From the human T2T-CHM13v2.0 reference genome, Homo sapiens, in the NCBI RefSeq assembly GCF_009914755.1, contig NC_060937.1: 64,000 nt of DNA; one strand, written 5' to 3'. Under the pieces are notes generated by a model. It did not search any database. It was not told the origin of the DNA and was given only the letters and a program-made list of their open reading frames with translations. Both the position numbers and the translations under genes were made by a program. Below, piece by piece: positions 1 to 13,209 of this stretch (the first letter of the stretch is position 1; each line of letters opens with the position of its first letter).

Positions 1-120
1 TTTATTAGGAGCCTACTGCATGCCCAAAATGATGGTGGTATAAGTATAAATGGCAAGATTACTGATTTCAAGGCTCTATTAAGCTCACTGGGAGAAACAG
101 ACATATAAAAGTCAATGGTA
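1..120 (-). mobile_element. L2 LINE 3' fragment
   Basis: tttattaggagcctactgcatgcc...gctcactgggagaaacagac resembles the reverse complement of the L2 3' end. Confidence 0.45.
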
Positions 121-899
121 TATGTCCTTTTTAAAATGATAACAATGAAATGGTATTGTATTATGCTCCCACTCCACATCAAAATTTCCATGAACACTAG
201 AAAAAAACCTTTGAAATGATATAATTAGAGCACTGGAGAACTTAATAGGTGCCATGATTATGAGTAATCTAGAAATTTTGAGGAATTTCAGAAAGAAGGA
301 TAGCAGCTGGAAATGGATAGAAAAAGTAGAAACAGGGAAGATATACCCCCAAATGTAGCCAGAAGCAATCTTTTTTTTTTTTAAGATCAGTTCCAGAGGT
401 AATTTAAGCCCGTAGTGAGTAAATCATGAACTCTGAAGGATTTTTATGGGGCGATTGTCAGACAATGGATTAATTTTCTGTGTCTGTAGCAGATGTGCCA
501 GACGAGCTCTACTTGGCTTTCCTTCCGGTGCTGAGCATCTGGCAGCAGCAGTGTTCACACCCAGGGTAAAACCTAAAAATTAAATAACCCCACAAATGGA
601 AAAGAGAACGAGATCCCAGTTTGTGGGAACTTTGGGCTCACCAGTACCTACATGAAAAAATGCAAACAAGGAAGAAGAAAATGTAATCGCTGACTCAAAT
701 ATTTGTCCACAGCTAAAATTGAGAATGTTCTCCAAAATGGAAATTGAGATATGAGAAGTTACTGCAGTGGACCAGGCCCAGAGAAGCAGATAAGATGCAG
801 GAGGAACAGGTCAGCTGTTTAGGTCTGTTCTCTCCATCACCCAGGGCATCTGTCAATATGTGGATGGAGATTCTCATTTGGGCTAGAGTCAGCTGAAAC

Positions 900-2300
900 C
901 CTCAGCTACAAGTAAAAGCAGACACCCAAACCACCAGTATTTGATTGGTGGTAAAATAAAAAATAACAAAACACCGCCACACGTATACACATAAAAGAGA
1001 ATCACCATGGGGACAGAATTGGTAGTGCCAGTAGACGAAAACTTGAAATATAACCTTAGGGAGATTTGAGGAGCTTTGATGAAAAGGCTGTATCAAAAAT
1101 ATGTCTCGGAAATTCAAAATATGTCCATCAAAATGAAAAAAATTAGATATGTTGAACGCAGAATAAATACAGCTAAAGATTGAATTATCCAACTGGGCAG
1201 TTGAGTCTGAGTTATGCAATACAAAAAGTAAGAAACAGGCCAAGTATGGGGGAAAAAAAGCTAACGGATATGGAAGATGGATCTAGAGATTAAATATCCA
1301 GCTGTGGATCCCAGAAGGAGAGAACAAACAGAATGAAGAGTCAGGAATTCCCAAAAGCTGAAGAAGCTCATGACTCCTGAGACTAAGGGAGACTTAGAAC
1401 TGATAAGGTTTGCCAAGCAAGATACACGACTGCACATGGGCTAGCGAGGTTATAAGCACCAAACAAAAAAAGAATCATAAAACTTTACACAAAGAAAAAT
1501 CAGTTAACTACAAATTAAAGAGGATCAGCTCAACATCAGACTTCTCATCATTGATAGAAAACAATGTAGATAACAATGGAGAGTGTCTTTAAAGTCATTT
1601 GATAAAAAACAACTTGGAATGTAGAATTGTTTCATACTGAGTTATTTTTTCATTCAAGTGTGAAGGTGAAATAAAAATGCTTGTAAGTAATGAAAGCCTT
1701 ATAAAAATTACCCACAATAGGCATTTTATAAAATAATCACTCAAGGAGGTATCCAAACATGATTAAGGAAAAATATAAAAAAGATGATGGTATGAGCTAT
1801 AAGAAAGGGTGGCACACAAGGAAATCAGTGTAGTGCCTAGCTGAATTTCCGTAATTGTTGATGTATGATTTGAAAGAACACAAGCCCCTCCTCCCTTGGT
1901 AAAAATTCAGAAATGTAAACTCCATATAATTTCAACATGGGAAACAGTGAAAAATAAGAAAAGAAAGCTTGTGAAACATTGCCAAGGTCCTTAGTCTGTT
2001 TGCGGCGAGGCGGTATATAGAGTAATTCTAGACAGCAACAAAAAAATCCACATATAAATACATGCTAACATTTTAATGACAACCCTTCCAAATATGATTA
2101 AAATGCATATCCTAACTGAATAAGAAAATTTGGGTGGGAAATTGATCAGTTTAACAAAAAAGACTCTCAAAAATAATGATCAGAAACCGGATGATGGAAA
2201 ACAGAAAAAAATAGCCACCTCTTTCACTCCTCCTAAATATGGCAGGAAAATATGGATAGCCTGTTAGTAATTATCTAAATGTGAACATGTTTGTCAAAAA
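900..2300 (+). mobile_element. Old L1M/HAL1-like ORF1-region remnant
   Basis: A-rich sequence with L1 ORF1-type segments (atcagacttctcatca, acaatggagagtgtctttaaagt, tcattcaagtgtgaaggtgaaataaaaa); no open frame; boundaries approximate. Confidence 0.6.
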
Positions 2301-2401
2301 GAACAGGGTATCCTGTACCATGTATCCTTTTCAACTTGTTTCTTCCATTTAATATCATGTTTTTTGTGTATATCTTTGTTTTTTGATACAATACAATTTA
2401 G

Positions 2402-2758
<357 letters not shown>

Positions 2759-3439
2759 AGGTTAGCAATATTAATTGCTCTAAGGTATACCTTGTATGAA
2801 TAAATTGCGTTTCATTCACTTATTATCCTCATTCAAAGCCAGTTATGTTTTTTCTATTTTTTTCACTATTAGAATAATTCAGTATACACTTTGCGTATTT
2901 TCATATGCACAGGAGAGCTAATTCTGGGTGAGTGTTGGGTGATAGAATTGTAGGGTTTCAGGTGATCGGCATCTCCGATTTTAGGAGATATGGCCTAATT
3001 GCACTCCAAAGTGATAAATAATTGTTTAATTCATTTAAATGGGCTCATGCAAATGAAAAAGTACTGAGGATGCATGAAGTCAGGCTGACACACACTTCAG
3101 AACAGTTGTTATCTATGAGGAAGGCAGGAGGGAGAAGGTGGGAAACTTTGGACTGGATCCATAATATTTTATTTCTTTAAAGGGATTGAAAACTAAACTA
3201 ACATGATAAGCTGTTCTCTGTTAAATCTGGATAGGGAATACAAGAGCATGTGTTATGCTATTTCCTCATCTTTATTTGAAACATTTCATAATGACATGTA
3301 TTAGAGATGAAAATTCCATATGTATTGGTGTAAAGAAGGGAGGGTACAAAAGGAAACTTTCACAGTTTAACTGTTGGGGAACAAATAATTCATTATCTGG
3401 TGACAGATGATCAATAGCAAGGAGTTAGAAAAGAGCAGG

Positions 3440-3885
3440 ACACTTTTGGTGGAAGGCTGCACTGGTGAGAGATGGACAGGAATTTAGACTCAAGGACCAG
3501 GATTGGGCCAGATTATTAGAGGTCCTGAGATTCTGGGCAGAGTTTCTGAATTTCCCAGAAGCCATCTGAAGGGTGAGTTGAGGTGGAGAAATATTCGAAG
3601 CAGGAAGGCACATTAGAACATGCAATAATGTGGTTATGAAGGATGAAGAAGTTAAATAAACCGTGGCAGGATGGACAGGCATGACAGCAAACTGAATATG
3701 AAGAATGATCACCACGGGAAAGTCGCAAAGCAATCCTCCTAAATTTGGGGATGGAGAATGGTGCCATTAAGACAATAAATACAGAAGATAGATGAAGCTG
3801 GGAAGAAAGATACTTAGTTGGATTTGGGACACTATGGATGTGAAATGCACATGCAATTTGCAGATGTTCAGTAAGTAATAGGAAA
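3440..3885 (-). mobile_element. L2 fragment
   Basis: ggatggagaatggtgccatt...tttgggacactatggatgtgaaatgc matches decayed L2 in reverse. Confidence 0.55.
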
Positions 3886-3889
3886 GACT

Positions 3890-4210
3890 TTTTGTTCTCA
3901 AATGCTCATGACGCATGCTTTATATGCATTATTTATTTATCCTTACAATAACCCACATCATGTCTGACGTAACTGACGCTGAGCTACACATGTTAGCTGA
4001 ACTCAAAACCAGGATTGTCTCACTTCACAAGGAAAGAGAACACAGCTAGCAGTACTGAGTGCCTTCTAGGACATAACCATTCCCCAAATAACTTAGAGTC
4101 TGCTATCAACTCTATTTTACAGATGAAACAGTTCAGGCCTGGGATGCGTGAAGGCACCTACGTGCCTGAGGCTGCCTTCCTGGTTAGAGCCGGGCTCAGG
4201 TTGGCTGCAG
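3890..4210 (-). mobile_element. MIR fragments
   Basis: MIR core remnants: ttatccttacaataaccc and tattttacagatgaaacagttcagg. Confidence 0.55.
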
Positions 4211-4849
4211 ACCTCATGGTGTGTGTGGCCTCACTTCACTCCTCTAGCCTCAGTTCATTACTGCACCCGCTGTCGCCATTCCGAGTAGTAATGGGGTAAG
4301 CTGCACACAGCATGCAGAAGAATGCCTAACATGCAGGACAGTGCTCAAGGCCAGCCAGTTATTTTTCATTATGGAACAAGGTTGTGCATCGGATATTACT
4401 TTTATTCTCTAAATAATGGCAATGATTCACCCACATCCACCCACCAGGGAGTGGTGGAGCATATGTGGAATCCAGGTTCCCCTTCCTTCAATCCTACAAG
4501 TTTCTCATGGTGCCTCCACCTTTCTTTTTTTAATACTCACTTCCAGGAAGCCTGAAATGCCTTCCCTCAAAAATACATTTACCTCAACATGCATGTAGTG
4601 AAAGCGTGTTGGTGTCTGAAAGAAGAGACCTCTTCATTTATCTGGAAAGTCTACCTGCAAGCTCTTTTCTCACTGACACTGTGTATAATTACTTTTTCCG
4701 GATGTACTTAAGCCCCATCACCGTGCTCTCTGCTACTCTGCGCAGGATCTGCGGTGCAGCTGCTGAGGGGTGCCTTTCGGGACTGGCCTCTGTGGAGGCT
4801 GCTCTGGGCACCCAATATTGAATCCACCTCTTGAAAGCCGTGAAGCTAT

Positions 4850-5286
4850 GCAGTCCTAAGAGAACACTTTATTTTTACTGGCGAGAAGAAGATCACTTTC
4901 GACACATTGCTGTGCAATTCGTAAAAGAAAAATTATGAGAAAGGCTTATAATTTTTTCATGACATGGAATGACAGCAGGAAGTTACGCTGGAAAAGGAGT
5001 AATGCACGCTGACATAGCTTTGAGGACAATCTCCCCAAGACATACCGGGACCACACATGGGAGGTGATTACACTCCAGTTAAATTCCTTTCACTCACTTC
5101 TGTACAAAAGCTCTGCTGTTTCTCTTTGATCCTCCAGAGGATATCTTCTCTCTGTTGTGTGGACTGTGGCCACTGGCTACTCCTGTCTCTCATGATAACC
5201 TTGTCGATTTTGGACTGCGCCTTCTCTGCTGCTATTATGAGAGCTGGCTTTATTCTCAGTTCAGAGGCAGCAGTGCTCAGCTTTTG
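4850..5286 (-). other. Candidate last two exons of a spliced minus-strand transcript
   Basis: Exon 5286-5098 (cattttctcag|...GAA|gtgagt, 189 nt, fully open), a 110-nt intron, then a terminal exon from 4987 (ctccttttccag|) with TAA at 4948-4946 and AATAAA at 4873-4868. Confidence 0.35.
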
Positions 5287-5789
5287 CTGAGAAAATGCTA
5301 AACGTTAAATGTTATCACACATTTTGCTTTTCAATGATAAAAGGACCAAGAGGAACCACCTCTTCCCGACTAAATAACTCTGGGATACTGCAAAGAAAGC
5401 ATTTCTCTCTCTCTGGTGTTTACAACTCAAGGCTTAGATCAGTAGTAAAGATAAACTCAGGTGAAATTCCTTTGTCCTGGATTGAGTGGTGAAGAAATTA
5501 CTTACCTAAAATCTAAACAAATATGACTGTTTAGTTTCAGAATGTTCTAAGGTGTGTTTTTGTTTTTTTAGTTCAGTTTCAAATTACACAAAGTATAATT
5601 CAGAGAACATAATTCAGTGCTCACACACCCTAGAAATGATTTAAGAATTAAATTCACTGCTTTTCTGAGCCCTGACATTACTCTGATTTTAGTTCTGGGC
5701 ACCTCAGCTTCCTTCTCCTATCTCTGTCAACATTTCTACCTTCTTTTGACTTCCAGCTATTCTCATCCACTGTCCTCTGGTTTCCCTGG

Positions 5790-6035
5790 GGCCTCTCAAG
5801 CTGTCTTGTATGGCTGATTTGAATTGATGGCCACAATGATAATTCATAATGATTGGGCTTTACAGCACACATAAAAATCCAAGGATTCTGTGAGATCCAT
5901 ATTTGCAGCTAGCAATTTTCAAGGACTTGAATTTTAAGACCAATGGCAAATATGATAATAAATATCTTCAAAACAATGCAAATTGCCAGGGGCAACAATT
6001 TGGATATTTCCTGTTAGCCATGTCAGACAATTTTA
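5790..6035 (-). pseudogene. FN3-like exon remnant (B-C-C'-E-F)
   Basis: CLTW...EDIYYHICHWS*NSSP*KLLAAN /fs/ ISQNPWIFMCAVKPNHY /fs/ IIIVAINSNQ. Confidence 0.55.
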
Positions 6036-6039
6036 GGTT

Positions 6040-6520
6040 CTGTATTCAACAAATTCTGCAACGATTGTTTCATTATGAACTTGGCCCCAGGAGTGTGCTG
6101 GGGGCACAGTGGACATTGTTATTTTTTCCTGCATGGAGCTTATAGTCTGAGGAGGAGGCAGATGACAACCAAATAGCTGCTCACACAGCAGTCACAGCAA
6201 GGTGCCCTTGGAGCATGTGGGCCCCTTTAGAGGCCTGGCAGAGTCTAAGTGGGCCTCCAGAGGGTTTCCCATGAAAAAGTGACCACGGAGCTGAGATCTG
6301 AAGGGCGTCTGAGATTCATAGATGAGGGGAGCATGTTTTAGCTCAGGGAAGAGTGGAGGCAAGGACTGGGGGCAGAAGGGAACATGGCCTATTCCAGGAC
6401 CCGAAGGACGGGCTGTGTGGATTGAGCTTGCAGAGGGAAGGGAGAAGCTGGGAGGCTCAGAACCCTGGGGCCACAGTGAGGATTTTGAACCTCATCCTAA
6501 GAGTAAAAAGAGGTATGTCG
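6040..6520 (-). mobile_element. L2 fragment
   Basis: attcaacaaa...catggagcttatagtctga...gagctgagatctgaagg...ggccacagtgaggattttgaacctcatcct. Confidence 0.7.
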
Positions 6521-6920
6521 CAGACTCTTCCTAGCCCTCAGCTTTGGGGCCTTGGCTTACTAGATAAAGGAATGCCTGGCTGTGTGTTATTTCTGGAAAA
6601 CACCCTGCTGCTGGCAGAACCCTAATGAGGGAAGGGGGTACAGCACCCCTTTCAGGACCTTTCACAGACAGAGGAGGGGTGTGGGCCGGGAAGTTCATTG
6701 TCGTAAGGCCTTAAATCATACCACATATTCAGCACTCAAATCCCCTACCCACAAGTGCAGTTCTGGCTCCTGAAATTTGGGTGAATAAGTAAACAGCTGA
6801 TGCTGCTGGGTCTTTCCTGGGTCCAAGACTCCCCTGCTCTGGGTCTTCCTCTTGGTGACAGCGGACTTGGGCTCCTGGGCTGGAAGATTCCCAAGATGTC
6901 AGTTTAGTTCTGGAGTGAGT

Positions 6921-7120
6921 TTTTTTTAAAAAAATAATTTATTTTGTATCTAGAGTGTGCAACATGATGTTTTAATACACATACTGAAATGGTTACTATA
7001 GTAAAGCAAATTAACATATCTATTAGATCACATGGTTACCCTTTTTTTGTGGTAAGAGCATCTAACATCTGCTCTCTTAGCACATTTCCCGTATACAATA
7101 CAAGATTATCACTCTAGTCT
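6921..7120 (-). mobile_element. L1MA9/10-like 3' end
   Basis: caacatgatgttt...gaaatggttactatagtaaagcaaattaacatatc...ctctcttagc. Confidence 0.7.
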
Positions 7121-7279
7121 TGAAAATAGCAAACATTTGTCTTATCCTCCCTCCTTAAGCTCCCCTAACTACTTCATTCTACCTTTCATTTCTCTTTATG
7201 TCCTGAACCCAAATAACCCTTATAAGCCTTTTAAATGAATACAGTTTTGTTGAATATTAAACATATGTTTAGCTTTGTA

Positions 7280-8330
7280 AAGATGTGGGGGTTCAATAAA
7301 TATAATCGACCTAGATGTAGGAACTGAAACTATAAAATTTCTCAAAATACAGAAGAAAATGGTTGTGACTATCAGTGAGGCAGAGGTTCCTTGAACTGGG
7401 CAGCAACAGCACAAAATAAAACACCTATAAATGGCACTTCGTAAACAACAACAAAACTTTTGCTTTTCAAAGGCACTGTTAAGCAAATAAAAAGTCAAGC
7501 CAGACACTGGGAGAAAATATTACAAATCACATGTCTGACAAAGGGCTTGTTTTGAAACACGAAAGGAACTGTTACAAGTCAGTAAGAATGTGAACAACCT
7601 AGGAAAAATTGGGCAAGAGATGTGAACAAACACTTTACCAAGAAGTGATAGTTTGCATCCCTAGTCATTAAAAAACTGCAAATGAAATGCACAATGAGAC
7701 ACAATTACACACCCACTAGAATGGCTAAAATTTAAAAGACTAATCATAGCAATTGTTGGCAAGAATGTGGAGCAACCAGATGCTCATAAACTGCTGTTAG
7801 GAATATAAAATTTCTTTGGAAAACAATTTGACAGTTTCTCAAACAGTTAAACATATACCTACCATATGACCCAGCCATCCCACTCTGGGTAATTCTCCAA
7901 GAGAAATGTAAGGAAATACTCACACAAAGACTTGCACATGAGTGAATGTTCATAGCCCTGTTTGTAGCAGTCAAATCTGCAAACAACCCACGTAGCCTAT
8001 CACTCAGCAATAAAGGCTATTGGTCTTTGCTACAACACGAGTAGGGCTTTAAAAGCCATGTAAACAAAAAGTACATAACAGTCCATTCATCTAAAATTCT
8101 AGAAAATGTGGACCAATCTGGATATAGGAGGATAGACTGGAGATGAGTAATTTCCTGAGGACAGAAGTGGGGACAGGGTGGGTTACAGAGGGGCATGAGG
8201 GAACTAGTGAAGCTGAAGGGAAGATTAGCTTGATTGTGGTGATGGTTTTTTGTATGTAAAATTCATCAGATTGTACACTTTATGTACAATTTATTGTATA
8301 TTAGTTCTACCTAAGTAAAGCTGGAAAATG
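7280..8330 (+). mobile_element. L1ME/L1MC-type ORF2 C-terminus plus 3' UTR
   Basis: gacctagatgtaggaactgaaactataaaa, cccactagaatggctaaaattt, taccatatgacccagccatcccactc. Confidence 0.8.
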
Positions 8331-8349
8331 CTAGGAGCTGTCCTTGTCT

Positions 8350-8510
8350 TCTAGAGCCGTACATTCAGATGGATCTAATCAGACCTAGTCTTGCTGACCT
8401 GATTTAGAGGAGTTCAGGTCTTTAGAATTGTTTTAACCTCTTGGGGGTCGGGGATCTCCAATCTAGCATGCCCTGAGGTGTCTCTGCTGCTCCTGGGACC
8501 ATTCTGAGCT
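8350..8510. mobile_element. MER5-like hAT-Charlie DNA transposon remnant
   Basis: gcatgccctgaggtgtctctgctgctcctgggaccattctgag resembles a MER5A terminus. Confidence 0.4.
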
Positions 8511-8629
8511 ACAAAATAATAAGTAGAGACGCATAAGCTCATGCTCTGGCATTTTGGGAGGAGAAAAGCCTCAGAGAACTGTAGGGGGAATGAGTTCAGA
8601 GCTATCTCAGCAAAACAACTGAGACCTAC

Positions 8630-8820
8630 TGAATCGATCTACTTGCTAAATACTGTACTGGGTTAAATACCGCAGGCATTTAATCTTCACGATAACCTTG
8701 TGATTCATATCCTCCTTTTATAAAAAGGAAACTGAGTCAGAGAAGATAAGTCACTTGCTCTTGAAATCTCATTCAGGTGTTCAGGGTTTACGGGATTGCT
8801 TCTTTGAGGCTCGTGATGGT
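8630..8820 (-). mobile_element. MIR
   Basis: catttaatcttcacgataaccttgtga...ggaaactgagtcagagaagataagtcacttgc. Confidence 0.7.
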
Positions 8821-9019
8821 TTCCGATAGCACTTGAGCTATTTATTTTTATGTTACAATGAGGTTCATATGTTACAGATTTTTCAAGCAGTGTTGGCCGT
8901 GGTATAGGCAATGGCTAGCTTATCATGGGTGTCTTGGACAAAAGAAATTGTCATATCATTTCATCTCCCAGTAACAGAAACCACTCCATGACTATGAGCT
9001 CACTGCTGTTTACTCATAA

Positions 9020-10640
9020 TTTCTTTTAAAGTTGATATATAGCAAAATCCACTCTTTTTAGTGTACAGTTCTATTAATTTTGACAAATGCATTGAGTTGT
9101 ATAAATAACCACCAGTCAAGATATAAAATAGTTTCCTCACCCCCTTCCCTAAATTTCCATTGTTCCCCTTTCAGTCAGACATTCCTCCCATCCCAAACCC
9201 CTATCAATCACAGATCTATTCTCCATTCCTCTAATTTTATATTTTCTAGGATGTCAGATGAATGGAGTTATACAGGATGCAGTCTTTGAGTCTGGCTTCT
9301 TTGCCTTAGATGAATGCATTTGAAATTGATCAGTGCGGGTGCCTTTGGTGGCCATTTGTTCTTTTTTGTTGCTGGGTGTACTCTTTTGTGTGGATGTAAC
9401 ACAACCTGCCTAGCCACTCCCTCATTAGGGCACAGAAGGATTGTTCCTGGGTTTTGATGATTATGAATATGGCTCCTATAAACATTAGCATACAGGATTT
9501 TGTGCAAATGTAGATTTTCATTTCACTTGGAGAAAATATTTAGGAGGTGTTCTTCTGGATCCCTCATGCTCTGTTCATTATTTGTTTTCCAGCTTTTTTC
9601 TCTGTGTTTGATTTCTGTTAGTCTATCTTCAAGTTTTTCCCCTTATCTCCGTTCTGCAATTGAGCTCATCCAATGATTTTTTTAAATTTAAAGTATTTCA
9701 TTTTTTAGTTTAGAATTGTCCATTGTTTGCATCGTTTCTATTTCCCTCTGAGATCTTCTTTTTTTTTTTTTTTTTTTTTTGTTCATTTGAAGATTGCTCA
9801 CTTTTACCTCATGGAGATGATTTAAAAAAAAAAAAACTGCTCTAACATCTTGGATGATTCCAACATCTGGGCATCTGTGGCTTGTCTTTTTCCCTGAGAA
9901 TTTTTCAGATCTTCCTGGTTCTTTGGATGTTGAATAATTTTGAATTGTTTCCTGAGCATTTGAATGTTGTGTTGGGAGACTTTAAAATCCTCTGAAGAGT
10001 ATTGATTTCTTTGTCTTAGTAGACCTTCGGCCTGTTTCAGTGCAGACCACAGTTCTATCTCACCTGCTGTGGGTGTTGGTGCAAACGTCAGTACAGTCTG
10101 CAAAGACTTCTGTGATATTAGGGTTGCCACAGGCTCCCCTCAGTGTGGGTTTGGGATCTGGGTGGTAGTTAGTGCCGTATTTGGTTTTTCAAACTCCTGC
10201 TATGCATCTGGGTGTCTGGTCCATGCACCTGAAGCTTGGTGGAGCCTGGGACATCTTTTGGATACACAGAGTTTGGAGATACTCCTCTGCAGCTCTCTGC
10301 TATCTGGGGATTTTCTATATGCTTGAGCTCCCAGAGGACCATTTTCCCAGATCTTACTGCCAAAAAGTTAGGTTCCTTTCAGAGATTTTCCCCTTGGCCC
10401 AGTTTTGGTTGTCTCAGGCTGTCCTCAGGGCAATGTGGAGAGACAAAAGAGAAAGGAAAAAAAAGAGAGAGAGAAAATTTCCCCTAAGCTCCTTTGAACT
10501 ACGGAGGCTATTTTTCCTTTTTCCTCTGTCCAGAGACATGGCTTTTCTCAGATTCAGATGACTGCTCCTGCACAGCTCCTGGAGTGGTACAACTCCGAGC
10601 ACAACCCTCTCAGGGTGGGACCTGAAAAGGAGAGGAAGCA
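9020..10640 (-). mobile_element. Old L1ME 3' segment joined to an L1 ORF1/5' segment
   Basis: The L1ME 3' UTR (agtgtacagttctattaattttgacaaatg) runs to ~9560; T-rich ORF1/5' region motifs follow. Confidence 0.65.
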
Positions 10641-11304
10641 AGACAAAAACCTCAACTGCCACCACCTCAAGCCCACACCTTGATGCAGGAATGCCAAGAA
10701 GGTTTGCATAGGTGCTAATTTTTTGCAATGAATCTTAGAATTTGAGTACAAAGGATCTTGTCAAGGATCTTGTACTCCTGCTGGATTTTAAAAGCAGGGA
10801 GATAGAGTATTTTCTAAGTGTGAACACAAATTAAAATGGCACAATGAAGATATACGAACAGCACCTGCGAAGTGCACTGGTTGGGACTTTAACTTTTGTA
10901 AAGAAAGAGTTTTATAAAATGTTTTTGAGGAAGAATTTGTGAGATATTATTTTCCTGCAATTCAAATCCCCCGTGTCCCATCTCCATTGTCAGAAACAAA
11001 AGATTTTTTTGTTGTTGTCCACATTGACGGACTCAGATGAGAATGAAAGTCATGCGGATGGAAATCTTGAACCTGCTGCTGTTCAACAGGGCTGTTGGGA
11101 GAAGCCCCTGGAGCCCCAGACTCTTTCTTCATCTCTGAAGTGTGTGTAGCATCGAGCGGGCTTCACTGCAGAAAGGAGAAGAAGGAAGAGCTGGAAATGG
11201 AGTCCTGAGGGACAAGGGGACGCTGAGAGCCACTCTTTCAACCAGGAAGAAAAGCCACAGTGCCAGAAGAAAAGGTCAAAAATAAAATATTTAAATTTTC
11301 TTAC

Positions 11305-11528
11305 TGGTACTTTTCAGATCCAAGACTCTCTGTGAATAGTCAAATGGAGAGTTGACTCACAAATGATGTGTTGAAATGTATTTGGATGCTTCACAGTGCA
11401 GAATTATAAGCCTCAATTAACCAGATAGTTTCCTCAGTTCTCCTCTGCCCCCACCCCTTTTTTTTTTTTTTTTTTTTGGAGAAAGATTGTTTACAAAGCT
11501 CAATCTGTGTTCATATGGCAGTCATCAT
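11305..11528 (-). pseudogene. Possible FN3-like exon remnant split by a poly(A) run
   Basis: LPYEHRLSFVNNLSPK, then an A20 run, then WLIEAYNSAL*SIQIHFNT; donor CCA|gtaaga. Confidence 0.3.
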
Positions 11529-12149
11529 CTTAAACAATATTGAGCAATATTTATTAAGTCAGTAAAAATAAATTTGACACTTGCCTTCTCTGTAGAGGTT
11601 TGGAACCAAAACTTGTTGCACAAGATGTGGTTAAGTGAGAGAAACACACACAGTTGTGTAGTAAACACCAAATTAATAGTGTGCATAGATTATATATTTA
11701 AATTGTTCTCAGGTCAAGGGTAAGTTCAGAAGATTTTTAGAGTATGTTAAATTGCAGGAGTTTTATGTTTAGGTAAGGTAAGGTTAAAATAATTGGTGTC
11801 TTCTAAAAAGCCTGGGGGGTGGACAGCCAGAGGAAATAGGCTTTAATGAACTGGTGCACTGGGGAAATTTGGATTTGCAGTGGGTGAGCCTTCAAATGCA
11901 GGGGCCCTCACTATGTTTGCTTTGAGAGCAGCACAGAGGCTGTGTGGCATGGGCTCTCTGGGAGTTCCTCACTATTTCTGGGGTGGTGGCTCTTTTATAG
12001 AAATTGATGTGAACTACCTTTTCTAAACACACACACACAATCGTATTTCTGGTTTGGAGGGTTCATCAGTAGGCTGTGAGTTGAGAAGGCAGGTGCTCTA
12101 TTGATTTCACACATTGTATCTTCTTAAACAATATTCAGTGCATGAAGTG

Positions 12150-12480
12150 ATGAATTCAGTAAGCAAATAGGCATCAAATGCCTCCTATGTGTCGGGGACA
12201 GCTCTTGGTGCTGGGGACATAACACTGAGCCAAACATAGAAGCATTCTTGTTGTCATGAAGCCTGGGGGAAGACAGACAATCAACACAATGAATGAGTCA
12301 AAGCTATGATATATGAGGTGGTGGTGAACACCGGGAGGAATGTCAAGCAGGGAAGGTGGGTAGAAAGTTTGCACGGAAACTGTAATTTTAGGTGGCATAG
12401 CCAGAGAAAGTCCCACTGAGAAGTTGGCATTCAAGGAAAGACCTGAAGGAAGTGAGGACATAGATTGCACCTCTCCATGG
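12150..12480 (-). mobile_element. L2a 3' fragment
   Basis: aatgcctcctatgtgtcgggg...ggtgctggggacataaca...cccactgagaagttggcattc...gacctgaaggaagtgagg. Confidence 0.75.
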
Positions 12481-12809
12481 GTCATCCATCCACCACAACA
12501 GCTGGGTCAGTTTTATGTCACTTATTCATTTATTTTCTGTTAATTAATATTTGGAGGTTTGGTGAGATCAATATTTGTCAGAGAGATGGGCTGAATGTCA
12601 ATTTAGAGGGGAAGGAAGCTTTATAACCCTACTGGTCTACTCAGAAGGAAGAAAAAAATTATATATAAGAATGACTATCACAATAAATAATCCGAAATTA
12701 AAATTTTGGGTTGTATGTAATTTCTAATCCAGGTTGTTCATGTCCCCTCTTCAAAGTCTCTTCTATACGCAGGGCTTGTTTCCTAATATAAGACAGTGTC
12801 CTAACATGT

Positions 12810-13205
12810 AAACCAGGAATACTTTCCTACTTCAAGTAGGAAAAAAACCTAAATAGAGTGACTTAAATAAATAGGAGCTTTTCCCACAAAACAAGCAACC
12901 CAGAGGTAACTTGCTGCTGGCATTTGTTCAGCAGTTTAGCAGTGTCAGAGACAATAATGATTTAATTTTTCTGGCCTTTTCCTCATGGTTACAAGATGGC
13001 TGTTGCATACTCAGCCATCATGTCCACATTCCATCAGATGGGCTAAAATTGAGTGAGGGGAAGAGCAAAGGACTGAATCAACAAAGCAAAACCTTCCTCA
13101 GGGATACAGAGAAGACATGGCTTATGTCTCATCAGCCAGAACTTTTTAACAGGGCCAATCCCAGCTGGAATGTGGCTTTGGAGGAAGGAGGTTATAAATG
13201 GAGGC
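12810..13205 (-). mobile_element. MLT1J/K-like MaLR LTR
   Basis: gtgacttaaataaatagg...cctcatggttacaagatggctg...catgtccacattcc. Confidence 0.55.
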
Positions 13206-13209
13206 TGGG

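Noticed and set aside
4928-4956. AT-rich 12-bp hairpin (aaaaattatgag/cttataattttt)
   Set aside because: A low-complexity AT stem, expected by chance and too short for a miRNA precursor.
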